Positions 26,829 to 28,134 of a stretch of DNA of 28,134 nucleotides are shown here, piece after piece (positions within the stretch are counted from its first letter, which is position 1; each line of letters opens with the position of its first letter). The stretch is from an archaeon (GTDB taxonomy: Archaea; Asgardarchaeota; Thorarchaeia; Thorarchaeales; Thorarchaeaceae). Position numbers and translations under genes: made by a program. The stretch covers positions 1 through 28,134 of the forward strand of contig JAJRZD010000030.1 of NCBI GenBank assembly GCA_024275415.1. Reading direction: 5' to 3'. The notes beneath the pieces are model-generated. The model was given only the letters and a program-made list of their open reading frames with translations, was not told where the DNA came from and did no database searches.

Positions 26829-28134
26829 TGACACAATCCCCAATCTATTCGATTCCCGAAACAATGCTTCGAGTGTCGGAGGAGGAGAGGGGGTCATTAC
26901 GTCTTCGCGATTTCCAGGCCAACGCGATCGAAACCCTTAGAGCGAAGAAGAAATGCATGTTAGAGATACATGCTGGGACAGGGATGGGCAAGACTGCTGT
27001 TGCAGTGATTGCAGGACTCGAAGGAGCGTCACCAATCTCCCTGTTGGTATACCCTACCAATGAACTCGTTGAGAACCAGAAGAAAAGCATCGCAAAGACC
27101 TGTAAGGCGCTGCGTGTCAACGACTATAAGATCGAGGTAGTGCACGCATCGGAGCTAATGGATCTGATGTACCAAGAAGGATACACCAGCAAAAGTCAGG
27201 CACTCCACGACAAGTTGTACCCGAGCAAGTCTCCAAAATTCGTCTTGACGAACCCGGACACTCTGCACTTGATACTTCGTCTTCGGTATGGTGGAGAAGC
27301 ACGGTGGGGGCAAAAAGCAGCTCAAGTCCTGAAACACCTCGTGACCTATTCCACGTTAGTCTTGGACGAGTTTCATACCTATGAAAGGAGAGAGCTGGCA
27401 CAGATATACTATGACATCGCACTTGCTCAGTACTTGGGAGCGTTTGATAGGGTATTGCTGATGACTGCAACGCCCAGTCCCGAGATTGATAAGCGTTTGA
27501 GTACATTAGCGCAGGTCGCTCAGTTGGAAAGGCCGCAACCCATCCAAGCCAAGCCCACAAAAGATGGGGCTGTAGTTGCCCACGAGCTCGAGTTCTCTAT
27601 CATTTCTAAGGGAACCGATGACATAGAAGCGTTTGAGAATATGCTCAAGGAGATGAAGGACGAACTGATATCGCTGCGTCAGGCGAATCAGGCTATAGAT
27701 TACATCCCCGCATGCGTGATATTGAACTCGGTGATTCAAGCGAGGGCATTGACAGAGCGACTACTAGAGAGCTTTGATGTACATGAGATAAAAGAGAGTC
27801 ACGGACTTGTACCACAGAGAGAACGGCAGATAGAGAGCGACACACTGGTTCTTGTGGGAACGAGCAGCATCGAAGTAGGAATCGATTTTGACACATCGTA
27901 CCTCTTCTTTGAGGCGGATCAGGGAGCCTCCGCAATTCAACGTATGGGGAGGGCTGGGAGGCACCGTCCAGGAAAAGCGATATTGTTAGCACCAGAGTTT
28001 GTATTCAACTACTTTCAACAATATGTTAATACGATCGATTCAAGAGAAACATTATCAAAGCACCTGATAGAAGCCTATGGTGAAAAAGACTCTGGGCTAT
28101 GGTACCTGCAATCGCCAATGGCAGTGAAAGAAAC
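26828..28134 (+). CDS. cas3: Cas3' SF2 helicase without HD domain; truncated by the window end and absent from the ORF track
   Basis: My translation from ATG 26828 (TGATG overlap with csc1): LRDFQ, AGTGMGKT (Walker A), YPTNEL, TNPD, LDEFH, MTATP, VGTSSIEVGIDF, QRMGRAGR. No stop before 28134. Confidence 0.95.
   Translation, partial: MTQSPIYSIPETMLRVSEEERGSLRLRDFQANAIETLRAKKKCMLEIHAGTGMGKTAVAVIAGLEGASPISLLVYPTNELVENQKKSIAKTCKALRVNDYKIEVVHASELMDLMYQEGYTSKSQALHDKLYPSKSPKFVLTNPDTLHLILRLRYGGEARWGQKAAQVLKHLVTYSTLVLDEFHTYERRELAQIYYDIALAQYLGAFDRVLLMTATPSPEIDKRLSTLAQVAQLERPQPIQAKPTKDGAVVAHELEFSIISKGTDDIEAFENMLKEMKDELISLRQANQAIDYIPACVILNSVIQARALTERLLESFDVHEIKESHGLVPQRERQIESDTLVLVGTSSIEVGIDFDTSYLFFEADQGASAIQRMGRAGRHRPGKAILLAPEFVFNYFQQYVNTIDSRETLSKHLIEAYGEKDSGLWYLQSPMAVKE

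Noticed and set aside
26845-27992. Several minus-strand ORFs near the window end
   Set aside because: They are antisense to the cas3' frame, which carries all helicase motifs.

Overview
This is an archaeal window: it has TATA boxes, GGAGG(TGA) ribosome-binding sites and archaeal membrane-anchored HTH and DUF998 genes. An Asgard (Thorarchaeota-like) host is inference only. Positions 1-15.4 kb hold mostly housekeeping and accessory genes: HAD hydrolase, a two-subunit CoA-transferase, tandem DUF998 paralogs, an ankyrin protein, and a CCG Fe-S protein paired with a VAO/PCMH-like flavoprotein. Three of these genes are interrupted by single lesions: an in-frame TAA at 2351, a 1-nt deletion at about 11090, and an in-frame TGA at 11621. 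From about 15.65 kb to the end is a CRISPR defence locus. It contains an Rpn-like PD-(D/E)XK nuclease gene and a 20-repeat/19-spacer array (37-nt repeat, minus strand, leader on the right). Next come a stand-alone ATP-cone gene, a 470-nt intergenic stretch dense in inverted repeats, and a coupled pair of poorly characterised genes (tandem Lrp/AsnC-like regulator plus a 472-aa orphan). It ends with a type I-D effector operon: cas10d with a likely internal cas11d, cas7/csc2, cas5/csc1, and cas3' cut by the window edge. cas6, cas1, cas2 and cas4 are not in the window. The best candidates for something new lie between the array and cas10d: a 14-codon proline-rich mini-ORF with a perfect 9-nt Shine-Dalgarno followed by hairpins (CreT-like architecture), and the uncharacterised gene pair. 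No database searches or folding programs were run; family calls rest on motif recognition by eye.
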